Assembly: GCA_950097015.1 (NCBI GenBank)
Contig: CATNEN010000034.1
Location: 2,480,001-2,544,000 of the forward strand
DNA length: 64,000 bases
Direction: 5' to 3'
From: Macrostomum hystrix
Lineage: Eukaryota > Animalia > Platyhelminthes
Positions 39,885-51,206 of the stretch are shown here, in pieces (position 1 is the first letter of the stretch; each line of letters opens with the position of its first letter). The notes beneath the pieces were generated by a model. It did no database searches, was not told the DNA's origin, and saw nothing but the letters and a program-made list of their open reading frames with translations. Both the position numbers and the translations under genes were made by a program.

Positions 39885-40975
39885 ATGAGACAGGGTAGAT
39901 ATAAGACAGGGTAGATATAAGACAGGGTAGATATAAGACAGGGTAGATATAAGACAGGGTAGATATAAGACAGGGTAGATATAAGACAGGGTAGATATAA
40001 GACAGGGTAGATATAAGACAGGGTAGATATAAGACAGGGTAGATATAAGACAGGGTAGATATAAGACAGGGTAGATATAAGACAGGGTAGATATAAGACA
40101 GGGTAGATATAAGACAGGGTAGATATAAGACAGGGTAGATATAAGACAGGGTAGATATAAGACAGGGTAGATATAAGACAGGGTAGATATAAGACAGGGT
40201 AGATATAAGACAGGGTAGATATAAGACAGGGTAGATATAAGACAGGGTAGATATAAGACAGGGTAGATATAAGACAGGGTAGATATAAGACAGGGTAGAT
40301 ATAAGACAGGGTAGATATAAGACAGGGGTGAAATGAGACAGGGGAGAGATGAGACAGGGGAGAGATGAGACAGGGGAGAGATGAGACAGGGGAGAGATGA
40401 GACAGGGGAGAGATGAGACAGGGGAGAGATGAGACAGGGGTGAGATGAGACAGGGGAGAGATGAGACAGGGGAGAGATGAGACAGGGGAGAGATGAGACA
40501 GGGGAGAGATGAGACAGGGGAGAGATGAGATAGGAGAGAGATAAGACAGGAGAGAGGTGAGACAGGGGACAGCTGAGACAGAGGAGAGATGAGACAGGGG
40601 AGAGATGAGACAGGGGAGAGATGAGACAGGGGAGAGATGAGACAGGGGACAGCTGAGACAGAGGAGATATAAGACAGGGTAGATATAAGACAGGGGAGAG
40701 ATGAGACAGGGTAGATATAAGACAGGGGAGAGATGAGACAGGGTAGATATAAGACAGGGGTGAGATGAGACAGGGGAGAGATGAGACAGGGGAGAGATGA
40801 GACAGGGGAGAGATGAGACAGGGGAGAGATGAGACAGGGGAGAGATGAGACAGGGGAGAGATGAGACAGGGGAGAGATGAGACAGGGGAGAGATGAGACA
40901 GGGGAGAGATGAGACAGGGGAGAGCTGAGACAGGGGAGAGATGAGACAGGGGAGAGATGAGACAGGGGAGAGTTG
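39885..40975. repeat. 16-bp minisatellite with two variant blocks (GACAGGGTAGATATAA, then GACAGGGGAGAGATGA)
   Basis: Direct periodicity; yields the spurious 450-aa ORF. Confidence 0.95.
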
Positions 40976-42644
40976 AGGCTGATGAGGGGTGAGACCGGGT
41001 AGATTAAGGGGATGCCAATCCCTGTCCTCAGTGATTAGCCCTAATGCTTTTGAAGTGTAGAACAAGCTCAAAGCCTTCTCTCGAAGTGAAAGCGGTAGGG
41101 TCGAACCCCTGAAGATTCGAGTCCCTGAGAGCACCTTAAGCAGCCCTGAATCATATATGTATAAGTCAGCGGTGTGAAATAGAATATTCACATTTAGCTA
41201 AGGGACAGACTGGCCGATAAGGAAGTGACTGAGATGGAATGGGATCTCTTATCTATCCCCTTAAATGAGATTCCCCTCTTCCCAATCAAGCTTCACTAAT
41301 ATATTTCCTTTCCAACTGATCTCCAATTCCAATGAATAACTGATCAAACCTGCGAATAGGTTTCAAAGCAACGAATTGTGTACTTTAAAAATAGACTAAA
41401 GTGTAGTAGACCACATCCAAGGAATAGCTTAGTCAAACAGTTTTGTCTATGGTAGGAAGTGGGGGCTTCCCCCCACACCCCCTTCTCTCTCTACCCCTCG
41501 CGGTTTATACCCATAGACTAAAGCACATAGCTATGCAGCTCGCGCTGCAATGACATTAACACTCATAGTGCAGCAAAAATCATTAATGTCTATAGTCTAT
41601 GGACAAGACCATGGACTAGAGCCATCGAAGCAATCGTCAGTATTGCCCAAACCAAAGCAGGGTCTGGGAAGGACCCAGGCAACTGCGGATTGCTAATGAG
41701 AATGCAGGAAGAATCAAGTAGAAAAAGAGAGACTGGAAAAGATGGAGTGCAGCTAAAATGGCCGGCAATATAACTAACTAAAGAGCTATATTTAGGCCTT
41801 CATTTCTGCTTCGTTAGTATAGTCTCACGCCAAGAGAGCCAAGAGAGCGAGGGAGTGGGTGAGAAGAGGGGGTGGCTAGGAGCGACACGGACTCACTCTG
41901 GGAGAAAGCAATTCAGAGATGTAAGCCGCGAATTCTTTGCCATTCCTAGCGGCCTCTTCTCCACTTTCGTTCGTGTCCTTGGCTCTAGAAACATTCGCTT
42001 CTGTCATTTAGACTGCTTGCTGTCGGTGGGTGGTGACACGCAGTGCCGGGTTCTCTGAGTTTGTCGGGGTGGACCTCGAAGGTGTGAGTTGGTTAGCCAG
42101 CAGCCGTTTGCTCAGTTGTTCTCAAATCGATTGAAGAGATGGCGGGCTTAGTTGAAAGTAGGAGAAAGGGGAGACGAGATGAGATGGTGAAGATGAAGGA
42201 ACTGACGGTAAGAATTTCCTTTTTCAGTCGCATAGGCAGTTCCCGCCTGAGCCTCTTCTTAAAAAAATAGCACACAAGCATGAGCAGCGGCTACTCACAA
42301 TCTACTGGCCTTATTTTCTTGGCTCACATCCTCTGTGACTGCGGTGAAGCCGGGAAAGAAAGGGAGTCGAGAGGCTGAGTGAAAAAATCCTCATGGGAGA
42401 AATGAGCGAGTGAGTCGGGAGCCGAAGAGCACTCGGGCTGGGAGGCCGCTGGGTGAGCAGGTTGAAACAGCTGAGCAAGTGGCTCTGTGCCTTCGCTAAA
42501 TTATTTAGGGTGAAGTCTTGGCGCAGTCAGTCTCAGCTGATCAGCTGATCACTTTCTCTGAAGATATCAACAAAGTATTTATATTTCTGTTTGCTCTCGA
42601 CTGGAACAATGTGTCCTTTATAAATACACAGCTGTGAGATTTTA

Positions 42645-42755
42645 TCAGCATTAGCTGGGGGGTAATTGATGGTAGGTATGGCACCCACCCAGTCCATGGA
42701 CTTAACAGCCGTACGCAGCCTTCAGATGCGGCACATCTGGCCCTGTTGAGACAGA
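42645..42755 (+). mobile_element. SINE family B, 3' fragment
   Basis: CAGCATTAGCT...CCCAGTCCATGGACTTAACAGCCGTACGCAGCCTTCAGATGC matches the TMED-intron copy. Confidence 0.65.
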
Positions 42756-42938
42756 CGTAAATAACTGTTATTGTGACTATCTATTGCATTCGATACCAAA
42801 ACTGTCAATCTTTACAACGGAGCTCGTAGCCCTGAGACGTCGGGTGTTCGAATCATGGCCCAATGGAAGCAATATGTATTATTGAGAATATCACAATTAG
42901 CTTAGGTAGACATTTGCGTTGGTGTGTTTCCTTCCCCT

Positions 42939-43296
42939 GGGGGGTCGGTGGCAGAGCGGTCAACGCGTTCGCCTTGCGCACCAAGGTCCCTGCGCTCGAT
43001 TCCGCGGCGAGGCCACATTTATTTGGGGCGCAGCCGCGGAGAGAAGGCTTTGGGGGCTTGTCGTGCAATTTGCGCCCTTGAGGGCCAACCTCCAAGCCAC
43101 AGTGAGAGTGTACACTGCCTGACGATGAGAAAGTCAGGGCAGATGTACACACCTGTGTGAGCGTATGCCTGCGTACACTATCTGTGTGTGTGCTCAGGAG
43201 TCAGCGAAATGGGCAGAATTGCCTTCTCGCTGGCTGCGGTTCTAGTGTCACCAAATGAAGTGCCATTGCGCGCAGCCCTCCTGCACTTATTATTAT
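42939..43296 (+). mobile_element. SINE family A, full-length (~360 bp)
   Basis: tRNA-like head, conserved hairpin body, (TTA)n tail. Confidence 0.9.
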
Positions 43297-44311
43297 CAGT
43301 ACTATTCCTCGCCCAGTCCATGGACTGAACAGTTGTACACAGACAACTGTTAGAATCGCAGCGCTATAGTTCAAGGCAAAACTATTGTAGTGTGAAGAAG
43401 TGATCCGTGCTAATATCTTATGATGCCACCTGTTGCCTGTGTCTCTGAGGCTACGTGTTACGTAATACTGCAGAGAATCTGAAAGACGGGCAGGAGTAGC
43501 GATGAGGCTAATGCCTGTTGAAAAAATGTCCATTAGTCAGCTGTCCTCAAACCGCACAGCCTGTTTCTGCACCCCCCACGGTGGGGAGCGGATGAGACGC
43601 GGGATTTGCATGCATAAAAAATCAACCCTCCTCCATCGCCAGACTAATCTGTGCGCTCCTGAAATTAGTTTTCTCACCATTCCGTCCAAGCAGTGCCACC
43701 CAGCCCACACCCAATGCCCGGGCGAGCCAAGCTAGACATTGTATAGGAATGAAATCGAGCGGCAGCAGAAACGATCGAGCCAGCAAGCAGTTACCTATGA
43801 CTCATCAGCCCAATCGTCCAGCTGCAAATGCAGAGACAATGCCTCCCCGAAGATAGTAAAAATACGAAGCTCCATGTTTCGCTGTTTAGGCCCACCCCAG
43901 GAGAACATTGGCACTAGTTTGTGAGTACCGGCTTAGACTCCGTCCTCATCCGTGTGTGCTTCTCTCTTCCTCAACCAGTTCTCCCTCCTCTACCCTCTCT
44001 CATTTCCTCCAAGGGCTGTGTTGAGCTTACAGCTTCTAAATTTCGTCTTCATTGAGCTATGCGGCTGCACGCGCATGCATGGAGAGAGCTTAGCCCCAGC
44101 TCATAGGCCTCAAAAACAAGCTTATTCCCACACTGGTCCCCAGGGCACAGATGTCTTGAAGGGGGACACCCAGTTGGTATAGCTGCTATCGTCATATCTT
44201 ATTTATTGCAGAATTTGTCAGCACGAGAGCAGTTCGGACAAATTCATATCTGTTCAGAATTATAAGTTTGTACTTTTAGCTAGCGATAGGGCCGGTTAAA
44301 AAATTCCTATT

Positions 44312-44440
44312 AAAGCTTTCGACTACAAACTGAGAGGTCGTGAGTTCGAATCGCAGTCCATGGGAAACTATTTTCTGTTCCTGAGAAAAATACTCAATTC
44401 CAAATTTATGTCAACCAGCTCTAAAATGGTTACCATCATT
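44312..44440 (+). mobile_element. tRNA-derived SINE-like fragment, family C
   Basis: AAAGCTTTCGAC...GAGAGGTCGTGAGTTCGAATC and CAACCAGCTCTAAAATGGTTACC resemble 27495-27612. Confidence 0.5.
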
Positions 44441-45130
44441 AGCTCTCAACGAAAGGTCAGAAGTTCGAATCTTAGCCTTGAGCAGCTGTACACAGCACTT
44501 GGATGCCCCGCACAATAGCCGCGGGTGGTGCCACTTGTTAAAAGTACAAACTGGTCATTTTGTGCTACTAGGGATTGCAGTAAACTGTGAGCTGTGAAAG
44601 TAATGGACAGTTAGTTCAATTAATGCACTACTAGATAGCGATAAACCAGTTTGATACAACTAGGCAAAGTGTAATTTCGAGCATATTTAAAAATGACGCA
44701 GTTTTTATAACTGACGAAAATGATTGTTATAACAAATGTGTACCAATACGAACCAGAATGAATGCACGAGACGCTGTGTATGCAATTAAAGCAGTATTTG
44801 AGACAACCAAGGATTGATTTATTGCAATTTTCGCAGACTTCACACGTCGGTCATTTTAGATCGAAACTTCAATGCTTTATTATAAAAATGGAATGGGGGC
44901 AAACTCAGTTTAGAGATGAAATTAGCAGCACAGTAGAATGTACTTATAGCCAAATGTACTTGTCTAACTGAGAAGATCAGTAAATACTGTCTACTTGATG
45001 ATGTCTAAGGGCTGTTTGTGGGTATCAAACGTAGATTTTTGCATAAAAGCATAAAAACGAACAAAAGCCTAAGTGGGCAGCATAAGTGGGACATTGTTCA
45101 TGTGGCATTGAGTACGTACTACGCATTGTT

Positions 45131-46705
45131 TCATACCAAGCGATGAGAAGGAGTGATCAGGAGAGAATAGCAGGCGACCAAAAGTCCAAAGAGGACGGCG
45201 GGTGTCGATGATCTCCCGGTCGAGGACTTCCTGTTGAAAGATTTCGCCGATGAAGCTGCAGCGGCGGATCCTGAGAGCTCCTCCGAGGTTGCGCCGCTGT
45301 GCTCATGCTCGTGCAGCCCGTGGTTGTCTTGGGCGTGCAGAGTGGCGCGGCTGATGCTGGCGCAGTTGGACTCCTGCAGGTATTCGCTCTCAGGATCGAA
45401 CCAACGACCGCACCGGCAGCTATACTGGGCGCCGAAGTGTCGCCAGCTGACGGACTCGTTCTTGGCCCGACCGGCGTCGTCCCACTTCCATTGGTCGCGG
45501 CACAGGCTGAGGGCGGCCATCTCGAAGTACTTGGCCTTGTGGGCGTGACCGAAACGCCAGCCGGACAGCAGGTGGCGCTCGAAGTCAGGCGGGCCGCTGC
45601 ACACGCCGATGATGGCCGCGGCGGTCACCTTCACCCGGGTGAAGTTATACATCTCGCAGCCGCACTGCAGCGGGTTGTCGTACAAGTCGACACTGCTGGA
45701 GTCCCAGCGGCAGGGGTCACTGGAGTCCACGGTGGGGTGGCCCAGGAAGGTCGGCCGGCCGATGCGGTTCTGGCGCAGATTCAGAGTCAGCGGTAGGCGC
45801 AGGCTGGAGAATGTGAAGTCGCCCAGAGTTTCAATCTCGTTGCTGCTGAAGTCCAGGTTTAGGCGGCCCCGACCGCTGAACGGAAAGCGAAGCCGGAGGA
45901 AGCTGACGGCGTCGAGCTCTTTGATGCGGTTGCGCGCCAGATGCAGCGCGTCAATCGTCAACAGCGGCGCCAGGAACTCCGCAGGCAGGCCGGTCAGCCC
46001 CATGCCGTTGAGCCGCAAGGTGCGGAGGCTGCTGGCCAGCGGCTGCATCAGGTTGGGATTTTCCATCACCGCTCCAGCCGGGTTGTCGCTGAGGTCGAGC
46101 ATCTCCACTCCTGGCGCGTCAGCAAACAAGTCCTCTGGCATGCGGCCGAGACGGTTGAAGGTCAGGTCCAGGCTGCGGAGGCTGCTCCCGGGGCCCTGCA
46201 GAGCGCCCCGCATGAATTCGCTGGCCCCGACATCTTTCAGCGACAGTTCAGCGAGGCCAACGAAGCCTGCCAGGTGATCGCCGGTTATCAAAGGCATCTT
46301 TGCCCTGGCCAGGTTCAGGACGCGAACCGAGGGCAGGAAGCGAGCGAACGCCCTGTCAGCGGAGAGCGCCAGTGTCTCATTAGAGTTGAGTCTGCTGCGG
46401 CTGCAGTCCAGTGTCAGACTGAGGTTGACTCGCTCGCACAATGGCGAGCCGCTTTTGCCTTCGCATGAGCCGAAGATGGCCACCTCACGGCAGGTCACGG
46501 AGCAGCGGCCGTTGGCGACTGCGCCCAGCTGGCTGGAGCCGTCGCAGGAGGTGGCCGCAGGCGTGCCAGCAGCAGCCGCACTGGAAGTTTCCACTGCGAG
46601 AGCCGCTGCCGGAAGCAGGAAGTGCACAATGACTGGGAGAGCTGACCAGAGTGACATTTGCGGCGTCGGGGAAGATGGCTGTGGGACGGCCGGGCAGGCA
46701 CTCAT
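45131..46705 (-). CDS. Intronless extracellular leucine-rich-repeat protein with signal peptide, LRRCT and probable GPI-anchor signal
   Basis: 524-aa ORF (likely start Met at 46657, MSLWSALPVIV); repeated LxxLxLxxNxL units; NPLQCGC...CSGP C-terminal cap; Ser-rich spacer then a terminal hydrophobic tail with almost no cytoplasmic domain. Confidence 0.88.
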   Translation of the reverse strand: MSACPAVPQPSSPTPQMSLWSALPVIVHFLLPAAALAVETSSAAAAGTPAATSCDGSSQLGAVANGRCSVTCREVAIFGSCEGKSGSPLCERVNLSLTLDCSRSRLNSNETLALSADRAFARFLPSVRVLNLARAKMPLITGDHLAGFVGLAELSLKDVGASEFMRGALQGPGSSLRSLDLTFNRLGRMPEDLFADAPGVEMLDLSDNPAGAVMENPNLMQPLASSLRTLRLNGMGLTGLPAEFLAPLLTIDALHLARNRIKELDAVSFLRLRFPFSGRGRLNLDFSSNEIETLGDFTFSSLRLPLTLNLRQNRIGRPTFLGHPTVDSSDPCRWDSSSVDLYDNPLQCGCEMYNFTRVKVTAAAIIGVCSGPPDFERHLLSGWRFGHAHKAKYFEMAALSLCRDQWKWDDAGRAKNESVSWRHFGAQYSCRCGRWFDPESEYLQESNCASISRATLHAQDNHGLHEHEHSGATSEELSGSAAAASSAKSFNRKSSTGRSSTPAVLFGLLVACYSLLITPSHRLV

Positions 46706-46985
46706 GGCACTCAGGCACTCATGGCTTAGGTATATCCCTCTAGTACTGACTCACAGGGGAAGAGACACACGCCTTCTTCGATTGGTTGAATTTCCCAACG
46801 GGGTCAAAAATGGATCAGCTAATGTGCGCACAGGGGGAACAGGATTCTTCGACTCTTCAGACACTACTGACTAGTAATGTTTCGATTTAAAAAAAGTAGC
46901 ACGTAGTTAAAAAGGAAAAGGAGAAATATTTTTAATTAACAGACTGATTTATTTGTGTTTGTTTACGAAAAAAAGTCAACATTCA

Positions 46986-47258
46986 GGGGGGTTAGTGGCG
47001 TCGCGGTGAACATGTTTGCCTCTCGCACCAAGATTCCTGAGCTCGATTCCGCGGCGAGGCCTGATGAATACCTATATTCATTTCGGGTGCAGCTGCGGAG
47101 AGAAGGCTTACGCCTTGAGGGCCAACCTCCACGGCACAGTGAGAGTGTACACTGCCTGACGATGAGAAAGTCAGGGCAGATGTACACACCTGTGGCTGCG
47201 GGTCTACTGTCACCAAATGGTCTGCCACTGCTCACAGTCCTTCTGCAATTGTTAATAA
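46986..47258 (+). mobile_element. SINE family A, internally deleted copy
   Basis: Head, hairpin core and tail recognisable; ends about 20 bp from the stop codon of paralogue 1. Confidence 0.88.
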
Positions 47259-47279
47259 CATAGGCGCAAGTACTATCAA

Positions 47280-48257
47280 CTACCAGGGGCAAAGTAGGTC
47301 CAGCTGCAGGAACTCTAGAGTGCTCAGAGCAGCTTTGGCGATCGCGTAGCAGATCATTCGACCCTTAAGCGTCGCATCCGCCTGCCTGTGAAATCCCAGT
47401 CTCAGGCAGCGGGGCTCAGAGCTCAATTGCCAGGCCATATCATTCTCAGCGGCAAGGTAGGATCCGTTTTTGTAGAAGTTGCTCAGAGTCTTGCCATTGA
47501 ACGCCGCGCCCAGCGAGACGGCCTGAGCTGTTCCGCCAAGAAGGAGCTGGTCCTGGCCGGATTGGCGCGTCTCAACGTTGTCAGGATAGCTAGCCAGGCT
47601 CAGAAACCGATGCTCTACCCACGCACGCCCATCGCGATCGCCGAACAGCCCTGATTGAGGCGAATAGCTCGTGCAGTCGTAGAAGAAGTGGTAGGTCGAC
47701 TGGTACATCGTTTGACGGACAACTTTGGCGAAGAATGAAAAGTTGCTCTGATAGTCGAGGAACTCCGACACCAAGGACCCGTTTCGAGTGTCCACCTCGA
47801 TGAAGTCGGAGATTGTGCCGGCAAAGTTCGCACCCTGCGCGTCCCTCGTGACCCTTCCGTGCGGCGTGGCGTCGAATGTGCCCGGATTGACGAGGTTGCT
47901 GAAGCTCTTCCTGAAATCGAACAGCACAACCAGCTTGGGCTTTACGTTGTTCCTGATGTGACTCAGGCACGGTCCTTGGATCGAAGAATTGTTTGAGGAA
48001 AACAGGTTTCTCAACTGGCGAGCAAAGTAGCAGGTGCTATTGGCGTGATACAGCACTGAACAACTGACGCTTTCTGCGCATGCCACAAAGCAGGTCCTCG
48101 GGTCCTGAACGCCTTCCAGCTTGCTGAGCTGCTGCAGACTGGCGTTGCTGCTGGGGCACAATGCAACCCGGCTAAACTTGACCTTGTATTCGAAAGCGCA
48201 TGCTAAGTTAACCGTATCTAAGCAGAACAAGGCGAAAAAACATAGCAGGTGCCTCAT
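47280..48257 (-). CDS. Secreted PAN/apple + LamG(ConA)-like protein, paralogue 1 (325 aa, intact)
   Basis: Signal peptide; CFVACAESVSCSVLYHANSTCYF fits PAN spacing C-x3-C-x5-C...C; C-terminal half LVVLFDF...GANFAG...NFSFFAKV...LRLG...LKGRMICYAIAKAALS resembles LamG_3/pentraxin pattern. Domain names are pattern-based inference. Confidence 0.82.
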   Translation of the reverse strand: MRHLLCFFALFCLDTVNLACAFEYKVKFSRVALCPSSNASLQQLSKLEGVQDPRTCFVACAESVSCSVLYHANSTCYFARQLRNLFSSNNSSIQGPCLSHIRNNVKPKLVVLFDFRKSFSNLVNPGTFDATPHGRVTRDAQGANFAGTISDFIEVDTRNGSLVSEFLDYQSNFSFFAKVVRQTMYQSTYHFFYDCTSYSPQSGLFGDRDGRAWVEHRFLSLASYPDNVETRQSGQDQLLLGGTAQAVSLGAAFNGKTLSNFYKNGSYLAAENDMAWQLSSEPRCLRLGFHRQADATLKGRMICYAIAKAALSTLEFLQLDLLCPW

Positions 48258-48705
48258 GCCTGCCTGGATACCTGCGTCTTAGTGTCAGCTAAAAATTGAT
48301 CATCGATAGCAAGATCAACCTAAATACCTCCCATGGTGATGGCTTGTTGCCATGGAGATCACAGATGCCTTATATTCAAGTGGGAGAATGGCTTTCTGGA
48401 CTCACAAGATTGAATCAAGTTCAATACACTTAATTTAGAACAATCAGAATGAGCACTGCTTAGTGTGCTCAAGTGCTTCTTATTGCGTTTCTGTAGTTCT
48501 GCAGTGTCTCTACAGTTCCTTTGTTTTATCTTTCAAGTTTCCTAATTGAACGCTTGAACAAAGGTTCTCGTATTAATGCGATCCGTCAGGGTACTCAAAA
48601 ACTGAACAATAAAAGCCTGTTTCAGAAAAGTTGCTAATTTTCTAGATAATCGAAAATGTAGTGCAGTTATTCTCAAAACATTCTCAATAAGATGCAATTC
48701 GGTTC

Positions 48706-48870
48706 GGTTCGATTCCGCAGCGAGGCCACATTCATTTGGGGCGCAGGCTTGGAGGTTGGTCGTGCAATTTACGCACTTGAGGGCCAACCTCCAAGTCACA
48801 GTGATGGTGTACACTGCCTGACGATGAGAAAGTCAGGGCAGATGTACACACCTGTGTGATTGTGTGCCTG
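48706..48870 (+). mobile_element. SINE family A, truncated at both ends
   Basis: From TTCGATTCCGC through the conserved hairpin to CCTGTGTG. Confidence 0.85.
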
Positions 48871-49576
48871 CTAAAAGTATCTTGGTGCATGTCAAAGTCC
48901 GCACGCCAATGATTACCAAAAACAATCGGCCAGAGACAGTTAGCACTTGAAAGCCCTCACTGAAAATGTCATTCCCTCATGTTGTCAAGTCATCCTTCCA
49001 CTATGTTAGGCTCGGTGGATCAATAGACCACTTCTGTGGAACTGTGAATACCCAACAATCGATAGAAACAGGAGAGGCTTCTAGTTCCACTATTTGATTA
49101 TTAAAATGATGATTAAATTTTTTCAGCTTAATACTTCAGGACTCGACTCGAATTCTGTAACTGTAGAAACCCACGGGGTATTTCAACCACTCACATCTTT
49201 CTTTCTTCCAGAATCACGAAACATCACCATGTAACCATGTGGCCTATTGTCGCTGAATATATTTTAATTGGTTATTGGTCTTGGACAAGAATCGTTGAAC
49301 ATCTCGACGATGCTGCCGTCCGACGGCTTTGAAAGTCAGTTCATCGTAAATGGCGGAAAATTTTGATTCTAGTGGTGGACTTTCACGAAAATCGGTCATT
49401 AGGTTTGGGAGCTGTCGTGAAGCAGGCAGTGGGTACTTGAAATACACCTTGAAAGACAATACATGTCTTTCTAAATACAGATATAATATATGTCTTTCTT
49501 CACGGGGGAAAATCACGTCGTTTTTCTACTGCTAACTGATTGACTGAACTCTAGTTTAAAAAATAATTGCAAAGAA

Positions 49577-50538
49577 TCAGCCACACATGCGATCCAGCTG
49601 CTGAAACTCCACCGTGCTCAGTGCCGCTTTGGCGATGGCGTAGCAGATCATCAGACCCGCGAACCTTGTCTCCATCGTTATAGCCCAGCCTCAGACAACT
49701 CGGTGAGTCCTCCATGCCATTATTTTCTATATCATCGAACCCTTTGCCAAATCCGTTAAAGGAAGAAGTTATTCAGGGAGTCTCCATTGAACACTGCGCC
49801 AAAGGAGTACATTTGAGTGCCCGGCAGCTGGGATGAACTACTTATCAGCCTTTTGTACAGCCTCACACCATCAGTGAGAAATCGGTGGCGAACCATCAGC
49901 CGGCGTGAACGCAGACCCAGAACGCCCGCTTCCTTTCTTGAGCCGCAGTAATATATTATAGAAGCGATGGAAGTTGGCTGAATCTTTAGGAACCGGGTAG
50001 GCCTTCACATAGAATGAAAAGTTTCTTGGCTTCTCTAAAATTTTAAAATCAGAGCACCACTCTGCGTGTCCACCTCAATGAAGTCGGCTTGGCTGCTTCC
50101 AGGAAAGTGAGCACCCAGATGATCCCTCCTGATCGCTCCGTTAGGCGTGGCATCGAAGGTTCCAGGACTGACGAGGTTGCTGAAGCTCTTTCTGAAGTCG
50201 AAGAGCACAACCAGCTTGGACCTCACGTCCTGTCTCACGTGACTCTCGCACGGCTCCGAGCTCTGCGCCTCGGTCTGGTTAAAGAGGCCGGCCAGCTGGA
50301 TCGAGTCGCCGAAGTAGCAGATGTTGTTTGAGCGATGCAGCACTGAGCAGCTGATGTTGGCCGCGCAGGCGGTGAAGCAGGCGCCGCTGTCCTGTGAGCC
50401 GGCGAGCCAGCTGAGCTGCCAGAGGCTCGCGTTGCTGGGGCACCCCGGCCGCTTCAAGAAGGTGATGTTCTGCTCCAGAATGGTGATCTGGGCCGCCTCA
50501 GCGCAGTTGCAAAGCCACATCAGAACGAGTAAGAGCAT
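49577..50538 (-). pseudogene. PAN + LamG-like paralogue 2, four frameshifts
   Basis: Intact N-terminal half (ATG 50538); homologous C-terminus recoverable to ...MICYAIAKAALSTVEFQQLDRMCG* (stop 49579-49577) only with a 1-nt deletion (~50037-50040), a 7-nt insertion (49951-49957), a 1-nt insertion (~49758) and a further frameshift (~49660-49670). Confidence 0.8.
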
Positions 50539-51206
50539 TGTCACAGAGATGGCTCTCAAAAGTTGTTTTTAGCGAAGCTGTTGTTAAATTCTCGTTTATG
50601 CGCCCACAGCTTGCACAGCAGATAGCTTAAGTATCTGCTAGTTACACTTGCTAAAAAACCAATGAGAGCCTATTTGGTTGCCATGCTGACCTAGCAACAA
50701 GTTTCTTCATCTTCTTTCTGCCTACGGAGGGTAGAAATAAGCGTTTTTAGAGCTAGTTAGTGAAACAGCCACAGTCAACCTGCTTTAGCGCCTGCCAACT
50801 CACAGACGCATCGGTTTCTGTAATACATCCATCACCTCTCTCGGCGTGGTAGCTTTCTCAAATTCTCAAAGACTAGAAAATTATAGACAGCATTTCATGC
50901 TTATTTAAGTGCTTCTTCAGAAAACATCGACTCATCAGTTTTTCCTGACAGGTCACAGCATTGTTTGACTTCTAGCTGATATGATACTGAGTTAAAGTTC
51001 TTTTTATACTAGAAGGAAAGGAAGAAGGCGAACAAAGGAGAATTCGGCACTGGGAGACCCAACTGATGTCGCGTAGAAGGAGACATTGCTGCATGATTTA
51101 GTTTTTTTACAAACTGCATGTGCTGTACGATATGTGATGCAATTATGCAATTGATGTATGGTCATCAGCGTGGGCCGGGTGAGGGGTCAACGCGTTTTCG
51201 TCTCTT

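Noticed and set aside
39839-41191. 450-aa ORF
   Set aside because: Almost entirely the translation of the 16-bp minisatellite. The same applies to ORFs 646-849, 5558-6084, 9173-9691, 32708-33898, 34034-34585, 35384-35803, 38819-39310 and 63083-63406.
37800-42500. Degraded retroelement coding sequence (CxxC-like and weak RNase H-like fragments)
   Set aside because: Stop-codon density is about random expectation and no RT or integrase motif was found; only a short SINE-A-like fragment at about 39755-39810 is recognisable. A tBLASTx against Repbase would be needed.
42853-43160. Similar short ORFs repeated at 17.5, 27.3, 43, 47, 51.4, 56.4 and 59.6 kb (e.g. LTMRKSGQMYTPV)
   Set aside because: All are translations of SINE family A, not a protein family.
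44330-44360. tRNA gene (GTGAGTTCGAATC T-loop-like); also the heads of SINE-A and SINE-B
   Set aside because: No complete cloverleaf, acceptor stem or T-run terminator; the sequence continues into repeat bodies.
45609-46277. Long antisense ORFs over GC-rich genes (also 58327-59058, 24111-24653, 9597-10067, 31820-32212)
   Set aside because: Shadow frames of real coding sequence; no independent motifs or splice support.
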